This document shows positions 1-10,310 of a stretch of DNA of 64,000 nt, piece by piece. The notes below the pieces were generated by a model, which worked only from the letters and a program-made list of their open reading frames with translations, was not told the DNA's origin and searched no databases. Numbering within the stretch: the first letter of the stretch is position 1; the number at the start of each line of letters is the position of its first letter. The stretch spans positions 40,510-104,509 of IMG/VR virus record IMGVR_UViG_3300037089_000251; one strand, written 5' to 3'. Position numbers and translations under genes: made by a program. This stretch comes from a virus.

Positions 1-3000
1 ACGCAGGAGTTCACCTTCAACTATGTGGACATCCCGCCCAGCGCCGTGGCCGGTGCCTCCCCGTTCTATGTCATGCTGAGCACCGTGGTTCAGGACCCGC
101 TCACCAACGCCGAGTTTGAGTCGCAGCAGAACGGACCCATCACCTGCGGGTTCGTCAACCTGTCACTGGTAAGCCCCACGGACTTCCTCGCCCTCCAGCG
201 CAAGGAGGACATCGCCGGGCGTCTCATCGCCTACATGACCCAGCTATACCCCAACCTCGACCTCTCGCCCCGGTCGGAGATGCGTGACCTGCTCATCGAC
301 CCCGTGGCCATCGAGCTTTCCAACATGAGCGTCCGGGAATGGTTCGCCCGTTGCAGCACCTCGGTGTCGGCGATGAGCCAGATAGACGATGCCAACGGTG
401 ACGGCATCAGCGACGATTTCAATTCCTCGCCCATCAAGCAGCAGATTGCCCGTGCCTTCGGCCTCAACGCCAACGACACGCAGACCCTCATCGACAACCA
501 GTTCAATATCCTCGGGGAGAATGCGGGGCTTACCCGTGCCGGGGCGGCAGCGTCCGTGGTAACCCTGACCTTCTACAACTACACCAAGCCGACCCAGACG
601 TTCTCCTTCCCGCTGGGGATTCTCTGCACCACCACGGCCGACTCCGTCACCCCGGCGCTGAGCTTCATCACCACCGGCTCGGCGTCCCTGACCCCCAACT
701 CGGCAGCCTCCTTCTACAACCCGGTCGCCGGGCGGTGGGAGGTCAGCATCCCGGCCAACTGCCAGAGCACCGGCAGCAGCACCAATGCCGGGGCAGGCAC
801 CATAAGCACGGTAAGCTCGGGCGGTCCGGGTGGATGGAGCGTGACCAACCTCGTGGCCGCCGCCTTCGGGCAGGACCAAGAGATAAACTCCCACTTCGCC
901 TCCCGTATCGCCAACAAGCAGGTTACCGGGGTTGACTCCGGTACCCGCAACGGCTACTATACGGCAGCACAGGCGACTCCGGGAATCGTGGCCACGCAGG
1001 TCGTGGCGGCGGGGGACTTGGAGATGGTTCGTGACTGGGACCCCATCCGCCAGAAGCATGTCTTCGGATGCGTGGACATCTACTGCCAAGGAACCTCCTC
1101 CTCGGAGGAGGACGACATCGTGGCGTTCCAGTACCAGAACAACGGGACTCTCGGCCTGTACACGTCCTACATCCCCCTGACCATAGCCTCGGCCACCGGG
1201 ACTCTCCTCAAGCTACAAGCTGGCAGCCTTGCCTTCCAAGCCCTCGACTGGCCGCTCTATCAAGGGGTGGAGATTATCGTCACTGGGAACACCGGCTCCT
1301 TCTACCTTAATGTCACCAACGCCCAGTTCAACACGGCTACCGGGGCGATTATACTCGACCCTGCCGCCCTGTCGTACCAAGTGCCGGTTACCGGCGTGGG
1401 GCAGGTGAGGATTCCCTACCTTTCCAACCTTGCCGCCGTGCAGGCGGCGGGCGGCAATGTCACCTACGGGCTGCTTGCCCGGCTCCAGTCCCCCTTGACC
1501 GATGTCCCCACGAACCAGCCGGTGGTGGGCGTCAATGATGTCATCGGGCAGCCGACCCAGACAGGAACCGTTCCTACAACGCTGCTGGAGCTTATCCACA
1601 ACTCCGACTTCCTCCTGAACGGAGGCTCCAACCAAGCCGGGGACGAGGTTCAGGTAGCCTCCACGGTAAGCTCCCCCATCACCGTTACCTTGACGGCAAG
1701 CACCAGCGTGCCCGTGACCATCGGCACCGCCGTGGATATCCCCATCGACCTCAACGGCAACATCGGCAACATCCTCTCCGTGCGCTCCACCGACCTCTCC
1801 ACCCTCTACACCTTCGGACCGGGTGGGGACTACGCTATCGTCGCCACCGGACCCTACCGTACCTATGGTCTTGCCTTGCAGCAGTCGTCGGCGACCATAA
1901 CCAACATCTCCATCACGGGCGGCATCCTCACGGTTACGGGCAAGAACCGGTTTGGTACTGCCATCGGTGGCTCAACGCTGACCCTCAACGGCATCACTAA
2001 TGCCACGTTCCTCAACGGCCAGCAGGTCTCGGTCATTGCCTCTACCGGGAATGCCTTCACCGCCTTCTTCCCCCATGCCGACTATGCATCCGCTGCCGAC
2101 ACCGGGACTGCCTCCGGGTTCGCTATCCAAGACGGGCAGCAGGTGGTTGTGTCCTTCAACCAGTTCATCCTGTACGAGCGCCTCAGCTTTGCCTCGAACG
2201 AGGTCCAGACGCTCAACGGAGGGGTTGCCAATACCCTCAACAACAACGGGTTTGTCCACAACACATGGCTCCCGGAGAGCTATGGGACATCATATGGTCC
2301 CAGCCTCCTCAATGGCTTCTCCCTCACTCTGGATGGGGCGGTTCTCAACCCCGATGGCTCTGTCAACATCCCTGCCTCCACGGGATTGGTAGGGGCGGGC
2401 GTGCCGCATGACAGCCGCTACATCAAGGTGCTTTTCCAGACAGCCTCCAGCCCCCCCGTCTACGAGGTCATGCTGGAGAATGTGGACTTCGTGCTCAATG
2501 TGGATGCCGTCTCGGGGACTGCGGCCATCGCCCGCAACCTGGCGACCAATGCCACCAGCCGCATCCCGGACGGTGGTCAGGTGCTCGTGAGCTACTTCTA
2601 CAACGAGGCATTCGATGTCTCGTCAGAGTTCCCCTCGTTCGTGCCCATCCTTGCCGCCCAGATAAACAAGACGAAGCATGCGGCGGCCGATGTCCTCATC
2701 AAGGCGATGGTCGCCAACCCCATCGACATCACCCTCTCGGTCACGCTCAACCCAGGCGTCTCGGCGAACACCTTGGACTCGGACATCCGCACCGCCATCG
2801 ACCGGGTCTTGGATACCGCCACGACCACCCTCTACCAGTCGGAGGTCGTCTCCCAGATACAGAACATCACGGGGGTAAAGTCCGTATCCATCCCGCTCAT
2901 CAAGTGTGCCAAGTCGGACGGCAGCTATGACATCGGGTTCGTCATCCCCACGGGAACCCTCTGGACGCCTCTGGACAATGACCCTGCCTTCTCCTCGCTG

Positions 3001-3483
3001 GCGTTTGTCACGACCCCGACCGGGACCATAAGCTATATCCCCAAGAACAGCTTCATCACGACCAGTCCCATATTGCCGGACTCGACCGTGCCCTCGGGGG
3101 GACCTGCCAATGTGTTCGTCGGTCTCCTCTACGAGGGGCAGGCCTATTCCCGCACGTTCTCAGTGCAGAACTTCCTGACCAGTGCCGTCACCCCCCCAGT
3201 GTCCTCCGGGAACGGCTCCTTCTACATCATCGGCTCGAACGATAAGATATTCATCCCGAACTATAACGGCAACAACCAAGACTACAGCGTGGTGCTCAAT
3301 TCCACCTACCCGCAGCGGGTAATCCTCACCATTCCCTTGGACACACCGACGCCTTCCCTGAAGAGCTACTTCGTCACCTACCAGGTATTCGGGGAAAGCT
3401 CGGCAAAGGACATCACTTTGTCCGCTACCGAGTACTTCGTTCCAGGCAGGGTGACCATCAACTACATCACAACGGGGGCATAA
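1..3483 (+). CDS. Baseplate wedge protein (baseplate J-like), 5' end outside window
   Basis: Frame is open from base 1. J-like motifs (RDLLIDP, GLTR..A..V.F, N..A..GQD.E, D.Y). Thr/Ser/Gly-rich, next to other tail genes. Confidence 0.75.
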   Translation, partial: TQEFTFNYVDIPPSAVAGASPFYVMLSTVVQDPLTNAEFESQQNGPITCGFVNLSLVSPTDFLALQRKEDIAGRLIAYMTQLYPNLDLSPRSEMRDLLIDPVAIELSNMSVREWFARCSTSVSAMSQIDDANGDGISDDFNSSPIKQQIARAFGLNANDTQTLIDNQFNILGENAGLTRAGAAASVVTLTFYNYTKPTQTFSFPLGILCTTTADSVTPALSFITTGSASLTPNSAASFYNPVAGRWEVSIPANCQSTGSSTNAGAGTISTVSSGGPGGWSVTNLVAAAFGQDQEINSHFASRIANKQVTGVDSGTRNGYYTAAQATPGIVATQVVAAGDLEMVRDWDPIRQKHVFGCVDIYCQGTSSSEEDDIVAFQYQNNGTLGLYTSYIPLTIASATGTLLKLQAGSLAFQALDWPLYQGVEIIVTGNTGSFYLNVTNAQFNTATGAIILDPAALSYQVPVTGVGQVRIPYLSNLAAVQAAGGNVTYGLLARLQSPLTDVPTNQPVVGVNDVIGQPTQTGTVPTTLLELIHNSDFLLNGGSNQAGDEVQVASTVSSPITVTLTASTSVPVTIGTAVDIPIDLNGNIGNILSVRSTDLSTLYTFGPGGDYAIVATGPYRTYGLALQQSSATITNISITGGILTVTGKNRFGTAIGGSTLTLNGITNATFLNGQQVSVIASTGNAFTAFFPHADYASAADTGTASGFAIQDGQQVVVSFNQFILYERLSFASNEVQTLNGGVANTLNNNGFVHNTWLPESYGTSYGPSLLNGFSLTLDGAVLNPDGSVNIPASTGLVGAGVPHDSRYIKVLFQTASSPPVYEVMLENVDFVLNVDAVSGTAAIARNLATNATSRIPDGGQVLVSYFYNEAFDVSSEFPSFVPILAAQINKTKHAAADVLIKAMVANPIDITLSVTLNPGVSANTLDSDIRTAIDRVLDTATTTLYQSEVVSQIQNITGVKSVSIPLIKCAKSDGSYDIGFVIPTGTLWTPLDNDPAFSSLAFVTTPTGTISYIPKNSFITTSPILPDSTVPSGGPANVFVGLLYEGQAYSRTFSVQNFLTSAVTPPVSSGNGSFYIIGSNDKIFIPNYNGNNQDYSVVLNSTYPQRVILTIPLDTPTPSLKSYFVTYQVFGESSAKDITLSATEYFVPGRVTINYITTGA

Positions 3484-3773
3484 TGAGCTTAACCAACAGC
3501 ATCAGCAGTTTCATCGAGAAGATGGCTTATGATTACACCCACTTCCTCACGGCGACAACGGTCGTGAGTTGGGGGTATATCCTCGGGAAGGGGCACGGGT
3601 CTGCATGGGCCTCGGCGGGAGTCCTCGTCTTCGCTCTGGCGAAGGAGTTTTACTGGGACCTTCGCTATGAAACGCCTGCCCTCAGTGGAGGCTACCTTGG
3701 TGGACTGAGGGACTTCTCCGGGTATCTGGTCGGAGTTGCAAGCTCTCTGTCACTCCTGAAGCTTTTGAAATAA
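3483..3773 (+). CDS. Small membrane protein
   Basis: Start overlaps upstream stop (TAATG); hydrophobic segments. Confidence 0.6.
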   Translation: MSLTNSISSFIEKMAYDYTHFLTATTVVSWGYILGKGHGSAWASAGVLVFALAKEFYWDLRYETPALSGGYLGGLRDFSGYLVGVASSLSLLKLLK

Positions 3774-3774
3774 T

Positions 3775-5259
3775 ATGGCGACCAACAACATCCCGGACCT
3801 TCTCTACCAGCAATCGAGGGAGTCGCTCCTCACCCTTGAGGACACCCGCCTGTTCTTCCTGCTGGCGGCGGTGGCCAACTACTACCTCCCCCGCAACGAC
3901 CAGCCCCAGTGGGGCACGATGATGCGTGCCATCGCACAAGAGATGGCCCGGCTGGACTACGACTACCAGTATGACATCGCTGCCAAGGCTCCCCAGTACC
4001 TCACCCCACCCGACATCAAGCGGGAATATGCCGCCCCGCTGCACATCAAGAGCGCCTATCCCTATCCTGCCCAGTTCGACAAGGGGGACTTCACTGGACC
4101 CTTCAACTCCTCGGACAACCCCGTGGGCTACAGGGACATGCTCGTTGACCTATTGAAGGCATACAACGAGGGGGCGATACCGCAATCCATCACTGATGTC
4201 ATCTATGCCTATACGGGCAAGACCATCACCGTGGTGGAGCTTTACAAGCTCATCGGGCAGGGGGTGTATGACCAGAGCGACCGGAACGCCATCCAGGTGT
4301 CCGTCAATGTCGGCGGCAACAACTCCCTCACGAACATCCAGAGCCTTACCCAGCTACAGGAGATTGTCCAGAACCTCTACGGGGCCATCGACCTTGCCAA
4401 GCCCGCCCATGTGGGGCTGGAGTTCACGACGGTGTTCGCCGAGACGGAGAACGTCAGCCTCAGCATCAAGGACACGCTCCGCATCATCATCCGGCAGGTG
4501 GAGGCACCACCGCTCGACCCGATGCTGTGGATTGCCCCCATCTTCAACCTCAAGCACCCCAAGACCACGCTGGCGGCATGGGGCAGGCGTCTGGAGCCTA
4601 CCATCTCATATGAGACTTGGTTCAACATGCAGCCGATAGCCCCGTCGCTGTCCCCCCCGGTCATCGTTCCGCCCTCCGCCGTCCCGCCTGTGTGGAATCC
4701 TGACCAGACCTACAGCCGTGGCAACCTTGTCGCCCCCTTCTCGGGCAGCTACCAGATGTACCGGGCGGTCAAGAAGAGCACGGGGCAGTCCCCGATAAGC
4801 ACCAGCCCCCCGACCAGCCCCCCGACCGTGAACAGCGCCTACTGGAAGCTCCTCCCCTCCCCTGCCGCCTGGCAGGCATACTACCCCATCGCCTCCGGGA
4901 TGTACACGGTGGGCATGGCCCCGTGGACGGCGGACACCGAGTTCTACACGGGACAGTTCATCGTTGACCCGAACGGAAACCTTGAGATTGCGGTGCAGGG
5001 CGGTACCTCCGGACCCTCCGTCGCCTTCAACACGGAGGTGGGCGGGAACACGGACGACGGCAGCGTGGTCTGGCTGAACCTCGGGGCAAACTACCTTGTT
5101 GACCCGAGCCAGTGGATAATGGTCGTTGACCAGACGGGCATCCCCACGGGCGAGGTCGCAAACTGGAACGTCAACAACCCGATGGGTCTCGTCGCCCCGA
5201 GGGAGAGCACGGCGTGGGAGATAAAATCAGACTCATGGCAGATTTTGAATTACGATTGA
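3775..5259 (+). CDS. Baseplate/tail protein with carbohydrate-binding-like (W...Y..G..V) repeats
   Basis: 'AKPAHVG' motif typical of baseplate wedge/tail-I-like proteins; WNPDQTYSRGNLV and WTADTEFYTGQF repeats. Confidence 0.6.
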   Translation: MATNNIPDLLYQQSRESLLTLEDTRLFFLLAAVANYYLPRNDQPQWGTMMRAIAQEMARLDYDYQYDIAAKAPQYLTPPDIKREYAAPLHIKSAYPYPAQFDKGDFTGPFNSSDNPVGYRDMLVDLLKAYNEGAIPQSITDVIYAYTGKTITVVELYKLIGQGVYDQSDRNAIQVSVNVGGNNSLTNIQSLTQLQEIVQNLYGAIDLAKPAHVGLEFTTVFAETENVSLSIKDTLRIIIRQVEAPPLDPMLWIAPIFNLKHPKTTLAAWGRRLEPTISYETWFNMQPIAPSLSPPVIVPPSAVPPVWNPDQTYSRGNLVAPFSGSYQMYRAVKKSTGQSPISTSPPTSPPTVNSAYWKLLPSPAAWQAYYPIASGMYTVGMAPWTADTEFYTGQFIVDPNGNLEIAVQGGTSGPSVAFNTEVGGNTDDGSVVWLNLGANYLVDPSQWIMVVDQTGIPTGEVANWNVNNPMGLVAPRESTAWEIKSDSWQILNYD

Positions 5260-5306
5260 CGACTGAACAAATGAACTTTCTAAAGTATTTATATGAGGAA
5301 GTTGTC

Positions 5307-6230
5307 ATGTTCATCTATCTGATTGTCAACCACGAGACCGGGAAGTACTATGTTGGCCAGCACAAGGGAAACAACCTAAAGAAGTATCTTCAAAAAAAGC
5401 TTTCCAGTGCTAGACACCAGCACAGTGGTCAGTCTCATCTCTTCAATGCGATGCGGAAATACCCACAATCATCCATCTGGTCAATTCATGCTCTTCGGGA
5501 TGACATCCAAACCCGTACAGAGCTTGACGAAACCGAACGAGACTTCATTAAGTTCCTGCGGTCACAAGACCCAGAGTACGGTTACAATATCTGCCAAGGT
5601 GGGGAGGGATTCACAGGACCGCATACAGAAGAAACTAGAGCCAACATAGCTGAAGCTACCCGTAAATATTTTGACCTCAACCCGGAAGTTAGCCGACTTC
5701 GGGGCTTAAAAATTAGTGAGACCAAGCAGAAAAACAAAAAGCCACTGATAATGAAGGGTTGCCCTATATGCAATAAGACCTTCTTTATGCCATTTGGGCG
5801 GCGTGGTGTCATTTACTGTTCTCAGACATGTTATCAGCGTAGCCCAAGAAGAATAGAGGTGGAACAAACTCGGATAGAAAGCCACCGCATCGCTATGCAA
5901 TCTCCCACAACTCGTCGTAATTTAGCTGTAGCCCAATCTGCACGGCGCATGGAAGAAAAAAGACTGGGCATCAAACCAACTATGCCCGTTCGTATTTGGA
6001 CTAAACAGGCAAGGCAAGAACAAGCTGAACGGATGAGATTGCAACGAAGGGGGAAGCCGATGCCAGAAACTCAAAGACTTGCTATATCTAATGCACTTAA
6101 AGGCTTGGTGTGCGACGACACAAGAAAGTTATCGCTTGATAGAGGCAGGCATACCCGATGGCACTCCTCGAAAGGAGTTGTTGCCGATACTTGTCGGTTT
6201 TGCCTAGAGGGACTTTCCAAGCCTAATTAG
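5307..6230 (+). CDS. GIY-YIG homing endonuclease with NUMOD3-like repeats
   Basis: MFIYLIVN..GKYYVGQ, GYNI..GGEG, HTEETR; lower GC than flanks; RBS GAGG before ATG 5307. Confidence 0.85.
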   Translation: MFIYLIVNHETGKYYVGQHKGNNLKKYLQKKLSSARHQHSGQSHLFNAMRKYPQSSIWSIHALRDDIQTRTELDETERDFIKFLRSQDPEYGYNICQGGEGFTGPHTEETRANIAEATRKYFDLNPEVSRLRGLKISETKQKNKKPLIMKGCPICNKTFFMPFGRRGVIYCSQTCYQRSPRRIEVEQTRIESHRIAMQSPTTRRNLAVAQSARRMEEKRLGIKPTMPVRIWTKQARQEQAERMRLQRRGKPMPETQRLAISNALKGLVCDDTRKLSLDRGRHTRWHSSKGVVADTCRFCLEGLSKPN

Positions 6231-8339
6231 GTGAGTATGGTGACTATAAAGACGGCCTACCTTTCCCCCTCGACTGGGACGCTGGAGATAACGGCGGTCC
6301 GGTCCTTGCAGCCGACTGCCTCCATCGTGCTTGACCTCGGCATACCAAATTTTACCGTCTTTTCAATCAAATTCCCCATCTCCTCCAGCGACCCCATGGA
6401 GTTCAGGCAGGTGAGCAGCGAGGCTCTGGGGGTCATGCTGGACGAGATGACGGCGTTCATGATAAGCACCGGCTACAAGCAGAACGTCATCGCCGGAATA
6501 TACGCCCTCGCCCTCGACTGCTACAAGGGCATGATTGCCAACGACAACCCCGCCAAGCGGGAGAAGGACCCCACCATTGGCAGCATTAGGGGAGCCTTCC
6601 GGCTGCCCCCGGAGTTCATCAACGAAACCCAGAAGTGCGTGGTTACGGCGGCAAAGACCGTCAAGCGGTCACCAAGGGAGCGCAAGCTGGAGTTCACCCC
6701 CTCCCGTCCCCTGACCCCCTCGAAGAACGATGTCCTCAAGGCCATCAAGCGGTACCGTTTCCAGAGCATCAAGAGCCAGCCCTACCCGCTCTACCTGGTG
6801 GTCTACGACAACATGGGTCGCCCCAAGGGGACGCTGTCCTTGGGACCGGGGTTCCACAACGAGCTTCTCAAGATGCAGTACAAGAAGAAGGGGTCCGAAA
6901 ACCCACAGACTGAGCAGGCCAAGACGATAGTCGAGCAAGGCGGAGGGGTGTTCAAGGGCATGTCCGAGGGCATCAACCCCGGCGAGATGCTGGCGTGGTT
7001 CGACACACCTCATCGTTCTACTCTATTCATCCCACTCCAAGGACTTACGGTAGAGGCTGTGGAGCAAGCGATTGAACAGAGCGAGGCTCGGTATGCACAG
7101 GTGGTGAAGCGTGCAGGGCAGTGGGGGCTGCGCTCCTACGACGGGGACAGCGCCCACGACATCCTCGACCGCTACCGCCCGAAGGGCGAGGACACACAGG
7201 GCTTCGACGAGCCGGTACCGGAGGACAGGCTCCCCGACCTTGTCGCCGAGCTTAACTCCATGGACCTCGGCACCCCGGACGCCAAGCAGGACTACCTCGC
7301 CGTGGTGGTGTTCCTCGTCACCCACGGCTCCGACATCCCCGACGACCTCCGCCAGTGTGCCCTTGGCATCGCCCATGAGCTTCACGGCGACACCGAGGGC
7401 AGGAATCCGGGCGGGACCACCGACCGGGGCTACAAGCTCTGGAAGGACCCCTTGGGGCGCAAGAAGGAGCTTGAGAAGGAGATGGCCATACTTGAGGGCG
7501 ACAGTGCCAAGGTGGCCAGCCTGTGGGGGATAGAGAAGCAGGTGAAGGAGGACTTCGACCCGGATGTCCTCATCGACCCCCTGACCAACATCTTCGGCAA
7601 GCTCCAGCCGGAATACCGCAACAAGCTCAAGCGGCTCCTCCTTAAGCCCAGCCACAAGACCTGGAACGACGCCTTCAGCATCATCGTGAGCGGCGGCGGG
7701 AAGTTCATGACCCTATGGCAGGCGGTCATCGCCGTGGACCCGTGGTTCCCGAGGACTGGCCCACGTGAGGACTTCAAGGGCAACCTGATATCCGGCTGGG
7801 AGAAGATTCCCGACCGCAAGACCATCATCCAAGCGCTGCGCTATGCCAACCCGGTCAAGCACGAGAAGAAGTTCAACCCGGACGACCTCAAGTTCCTTGA
7901 GTCCATGGGCATCAAGACCAGCAGGTTCCTCCGCACCGAGGAGATGCGGGCATGGGGTCAGGGTAGGCAGGACGAGTATTACTCCCAGCACCCCGAGCTT
8001 GGGAGTCCGGGAAAGAAGCTCAACCTGATGGTTACAGAGCCGGATGGCACCTCTGTGCCCTTGGCGAAGGCAGTCAGGGCAGACCACACCAACGCCGAGG
8101 GCTACTGGGCGGGCGAGGGCAATGCGGCCAGCGGCATACTCCCCATATGTACAACCACCGGAAGGATTTGCCTTGCTTGGCGCAGTCCCTATGTGAACGA
8201 GGGAAGCTGCTGGGGAACCATCGGTGGGGCGGTCAAGAGAGGGATGCAGCCCGGTCCCAGCGCCGAGGAGGAGCTTGCGGAGGAGACGGGGTATACGGGC
8301 GATATCAAGTTGTATCCAGCTTTTGTCTTTACTGCTTAA
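6231..8339 (+). CDS. Multi-module (probable virion) protein ending in the N-terminal half of a Nudix hydrolase
   Basis: Nudix box GGAVKRGMQPGPSAEEELAEETG close to the C-terminus; ORF stops 14 residues later; unrelated modules separated by KxA/RxA motifs. Confidence 0.7.
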   Translation: MSMVTIKTAYLSPSTGTLEITAVRSLQPTASIVLDLGIPNFTVFSIKFPISSSDPMEFRQVSSEALGVMLDEMTAFMISTGYKQNVIAGIYALALDCYKGMIANDNPAKREKDPTIGSIRGAFRLPPEFINETQKCVVTAAKTVKRSPRERKLEFTPSRPLTPSKNDVLKAIKRYRFQSIKSQPYPLYLVVYDNMGRPKGTLSLGPGFHNELLKMQYKKKGSENPQTEQAKTIVEQGGGVFKGMSEGINPGEMLAWFDTPHRSTLFIPLQGLTVEAVEQAIEQSEARYAQVVKRAGQWGLRSYDGDSAHDILDRYRPKGEDTQGFDEPVPEDRLPDLVAELNSMDLGTPDAKQDYLAVVVFLVTHGSDIPDDLRQCALGIAHELHGDTEGRNPGGTTDRGYKLWKDPLGRKKELEKEMAILEGDSAKVASLWGIEKQVKEDFDPDVLIDPLTNIFGKLQPEYRNKLKRLLLKPSHKTWNDAFSIIVSGGGKFMTLWQAVIAVDPWFPRTGPREDFKGNLISGWEKIPDRKTIIQALRYANPVKHEKKFNPDDLKFLESMGIKTSRFLRTEEMRAWGQGRQDEYYSQHPELGSPGKKLNLMVTEPDGTSVPLAKAVRADHTNAEGYWAGEGNAASGILPICTTTGRICLAWRSPYVNEGSCWGTIGGAVKRGMQPGPSAEEELAEETGYTGDIKLYPAFVFTA

Positions 8340-8388
8340 ATGAACTATCACTTCTACTATTATAGGGGTATCTTTATAGGGGTGGTAG

Positions 8389-9150
8389 ATGAACAAAACA
8401 TCAGGGTATGTTCAGGCTAAGCCGATTCCATACGAAGGGCTTGACCTTTGTTTCTACAAATGTGGCTCCGTGGCAAAGTATCGGCAGAAAAATGGCAAGT
8501 TATGCTGTAGCCGACACTTTATGTTATGCCCGACCATGACGACCAAAAAAGCCAAGCCAGATATCGACTTGACGGGTCAGGAGGTGGGATATTGGAGGGT
8601 GCTTGCCTATGCCTTCAACGGGAAATGGGCTTGCCGTTGCATATGTGGAGTGGAAAGACCTGTCAAGACTCAAGCCTTGGTCGAAAAGACCAGCAAGTCG
8701 TGTGGGTGTAGGAGGGAAGAATTTGTAAGTGCGGCTTTCACGAAAAGGCACGGGTTGAGGGCACGGTACTCCATTTTTAACAATTACAGGGGGGCTGCCC
8801 GCCGTCGAGGGTATGAGTGGGGATTGTCCTTTGAACAGTTTTGTGGTTTTTTAGAAAAGCCTTGTTTTTATTGCGGTATCAAGCCTAGCTCGCTGTGGAA
8901 CGATTCCTACATGGACCGTGCGGGAAAGCATTTTGGTAAGCGCCAAGATTTCTACTATAACGGGGTAGACAGGCTTGACAACTCTGCTGGATATGCTGAG
9001 GGAAATTGCGTTACAGCGTGTTGGCGTTGCAATTTTTCTAAGAATGATTTAAGCCGGGAGGAATGGTTGACTTGGGTTAAGCGGCTGTATGAGCATCAGG
9101 AATTGGACAAAGGAGTATTGGTGTGCCTTTCAAATATCACAACTTCATAG
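8389..9150 (+). CDS. HNH-type homing endonuclease
   Basis: W.C.C.CG..SCGC domain, CFYCG, NGVDRLDN..GY...NCV.AC..CN; low GC. Confidence 0.85.
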   Translation: MNKTSGYVQAKPIPYEGLDLCFYKCGSVAKYRQKNGKLCCSRHFMLCPTMTTKKAKPDIDLTGQEVGYWRVLAYAFNGKWACRCICGVERPVKTQALVEKTSKSCGCRREEFVSAAFTKRHGLRARYSIFNNYRGAARRRGYEWGLSFEQFCGFLEKPCFYCGIKPSSLWNDSYMDRAGKHFGKRQDFYYNGVDRLDNSAGYAEGNCVTACWRCNFSKNDLSREEWLTWVKRLYEHQELDKGVLVCLSNITTS

Positions 9151-9416
9151 GCACCGTCTCGCATGAATTTGGTCTCCATCCTAATGAAGAGCATGGCTGG
9201 GAGACTGAGGCACTTGAGTGGTTCACTTTTGAGGAGGTCCAAGAGATGATGAGGACCGACCCCGGAAGTTTTCATCCCGGTCTTATAAAGCTGTTCAAGC
9301 AGTCCGGCAAGCTCATCCAGCAAATTTGTAACCGGGAAAGAAGAGGGAAGGGAAAAGGCAATGAGAAACCAGATACAGGCAACGCCGATGCCAGCACCAC
9401 CGGCAACGCTGCTTAA
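9123..9416 (+). CDS. C-terminal half of the split Nudix hydrolase
   Basis: FKYHNFIG...WETEALEWF...FHPGL is the usual continuation of phage Nudix domains; GTG start behind AAGGAG. Confidence 0.7.
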   Translation: MPFKYHNFIGTVSHEFGLHPNEEHGWETEALEWFTFEEVQEMMRTDPGSFHPGLIKLFKQSGKLIQQICNRERRGKGKGNEKPDTGNADASTTGNAA

Positions 9417-10074
9417 GTTTGACGGGTCGGACAAGGTACCGAACCCCATCAGGAAGGGAGCGCTCCGCATCTACCGGAAGGACACCGGGGAAGTGCTCTT
9501 CGAGGACCACAACATCATCACGTCCATCAGCAGTTGGCTGTTCGCCCAGTTCATGGCGTGCGCCAGCCCGCTCAGCCTCTCCCCGCCGCAGGTACAGCCC
9601 GTCAGCATCCCTGCCACGGAGCCTGCCTGGGGCGTCTGGGGGCTTGCCCTCGGGGCGGGAAGCCCTACATGGGCACCAACCACCCAGCCGGTCGAGACAG
9701 CGGCTCAAATCGAGCTTATACAGCCCCTCGCCCGTGTCCAGCTTTCCCGTGTGAACTTCGTCACGCAAGACAACAGCGGCAACTGGAACGCCGTGGCCGT
9801 CCTCTCCCAGAATGTGGAGTTCCAGACCACGGTGAACAGCACCACCAACAACATCACGCAGGCAGTGAGGGAGATGGGGCTTATCGGCGGGGGCATTGCC
9901 GACATGGGTTCCTACACCATGCTCACGGCACCGTACTTCAACGGAAACCCGTCCAGCTACGCTACGGTCAAGGCATCGCAGCAGACGGTAGTGCTTTGTA
10001 ACTACAAGACCCTACCCCCACTTTTATTACCTCCTGGGATTGATATAATTTTCAGTTGGATTTTTTCCTTTTAG
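9361..10074 (+). CDS. Baseplate/tail-fibre attachment protein
   Basis: HNIIT, LALGAG, VREMGL, NYKT..., WIFSF pattern of myophage baseplate/fibre-collar proteins. Confidence 0.6.
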   Translation: MRNQIQATPMPAPPATLLKFDGSDKVPNPIRKGALRIYRKDTGEVLFEDHNIITSISSWLFAQFMACASPLSLSPPQVQPVSIPATEPAWGVWGLALGAGSPTWAPTTQPVETAAQIELIQPLARVQLSRVNFVTQDNSGNWNAVAVLSQNVEFQTTVNSTTNNITQAVREMGLIGGGIADMGSYTMLTAPYFNGNPSSYATVKASQQTVVLCNYKTLPPLLLPPGIDIIFSWIFSF

Positions 10075-10086
10075 CCCCTAAACTTT

Positions 10087-10296
10087 ATGACTTTCAGACG
10101 GCTAACCGTAGAGAGTCCAGCCGGGGTAAACTATCGTGGCTTACGGCAATGGAATTGCCTGTGCAAGTGCGGTGGTCATAAGGTCGCAACAACGACCTGC
10201 CTGCGCAGCGGCAATGTAAGGAGTTGCGGTTGCTTGGCACGGGAATCCTCGATAGCTAACCTACATAATTGGGTTTATCCCCTTTCGGTTCCTTAA
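10087..10296 (+). pseudogene. Remnant of a homing endonuclease (N-terminal W.C.C.CG..SCGC domain only)
   Basis: FRRLTV...WNCLCKCG...LRSGNVRSCGC with no nuclease domain following. Confidence 0.6.
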
Positions 10297-10310
10297 GCAG
10301 GAGACCTATA

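Noticed and set aside
8340-9122. Group I intron interrupting the Nudix gene
   Set aside because: Only 49 non-coding nt upstream, and the HNH ORF overlaps the downstream fragment; no P7-like core elements seen.
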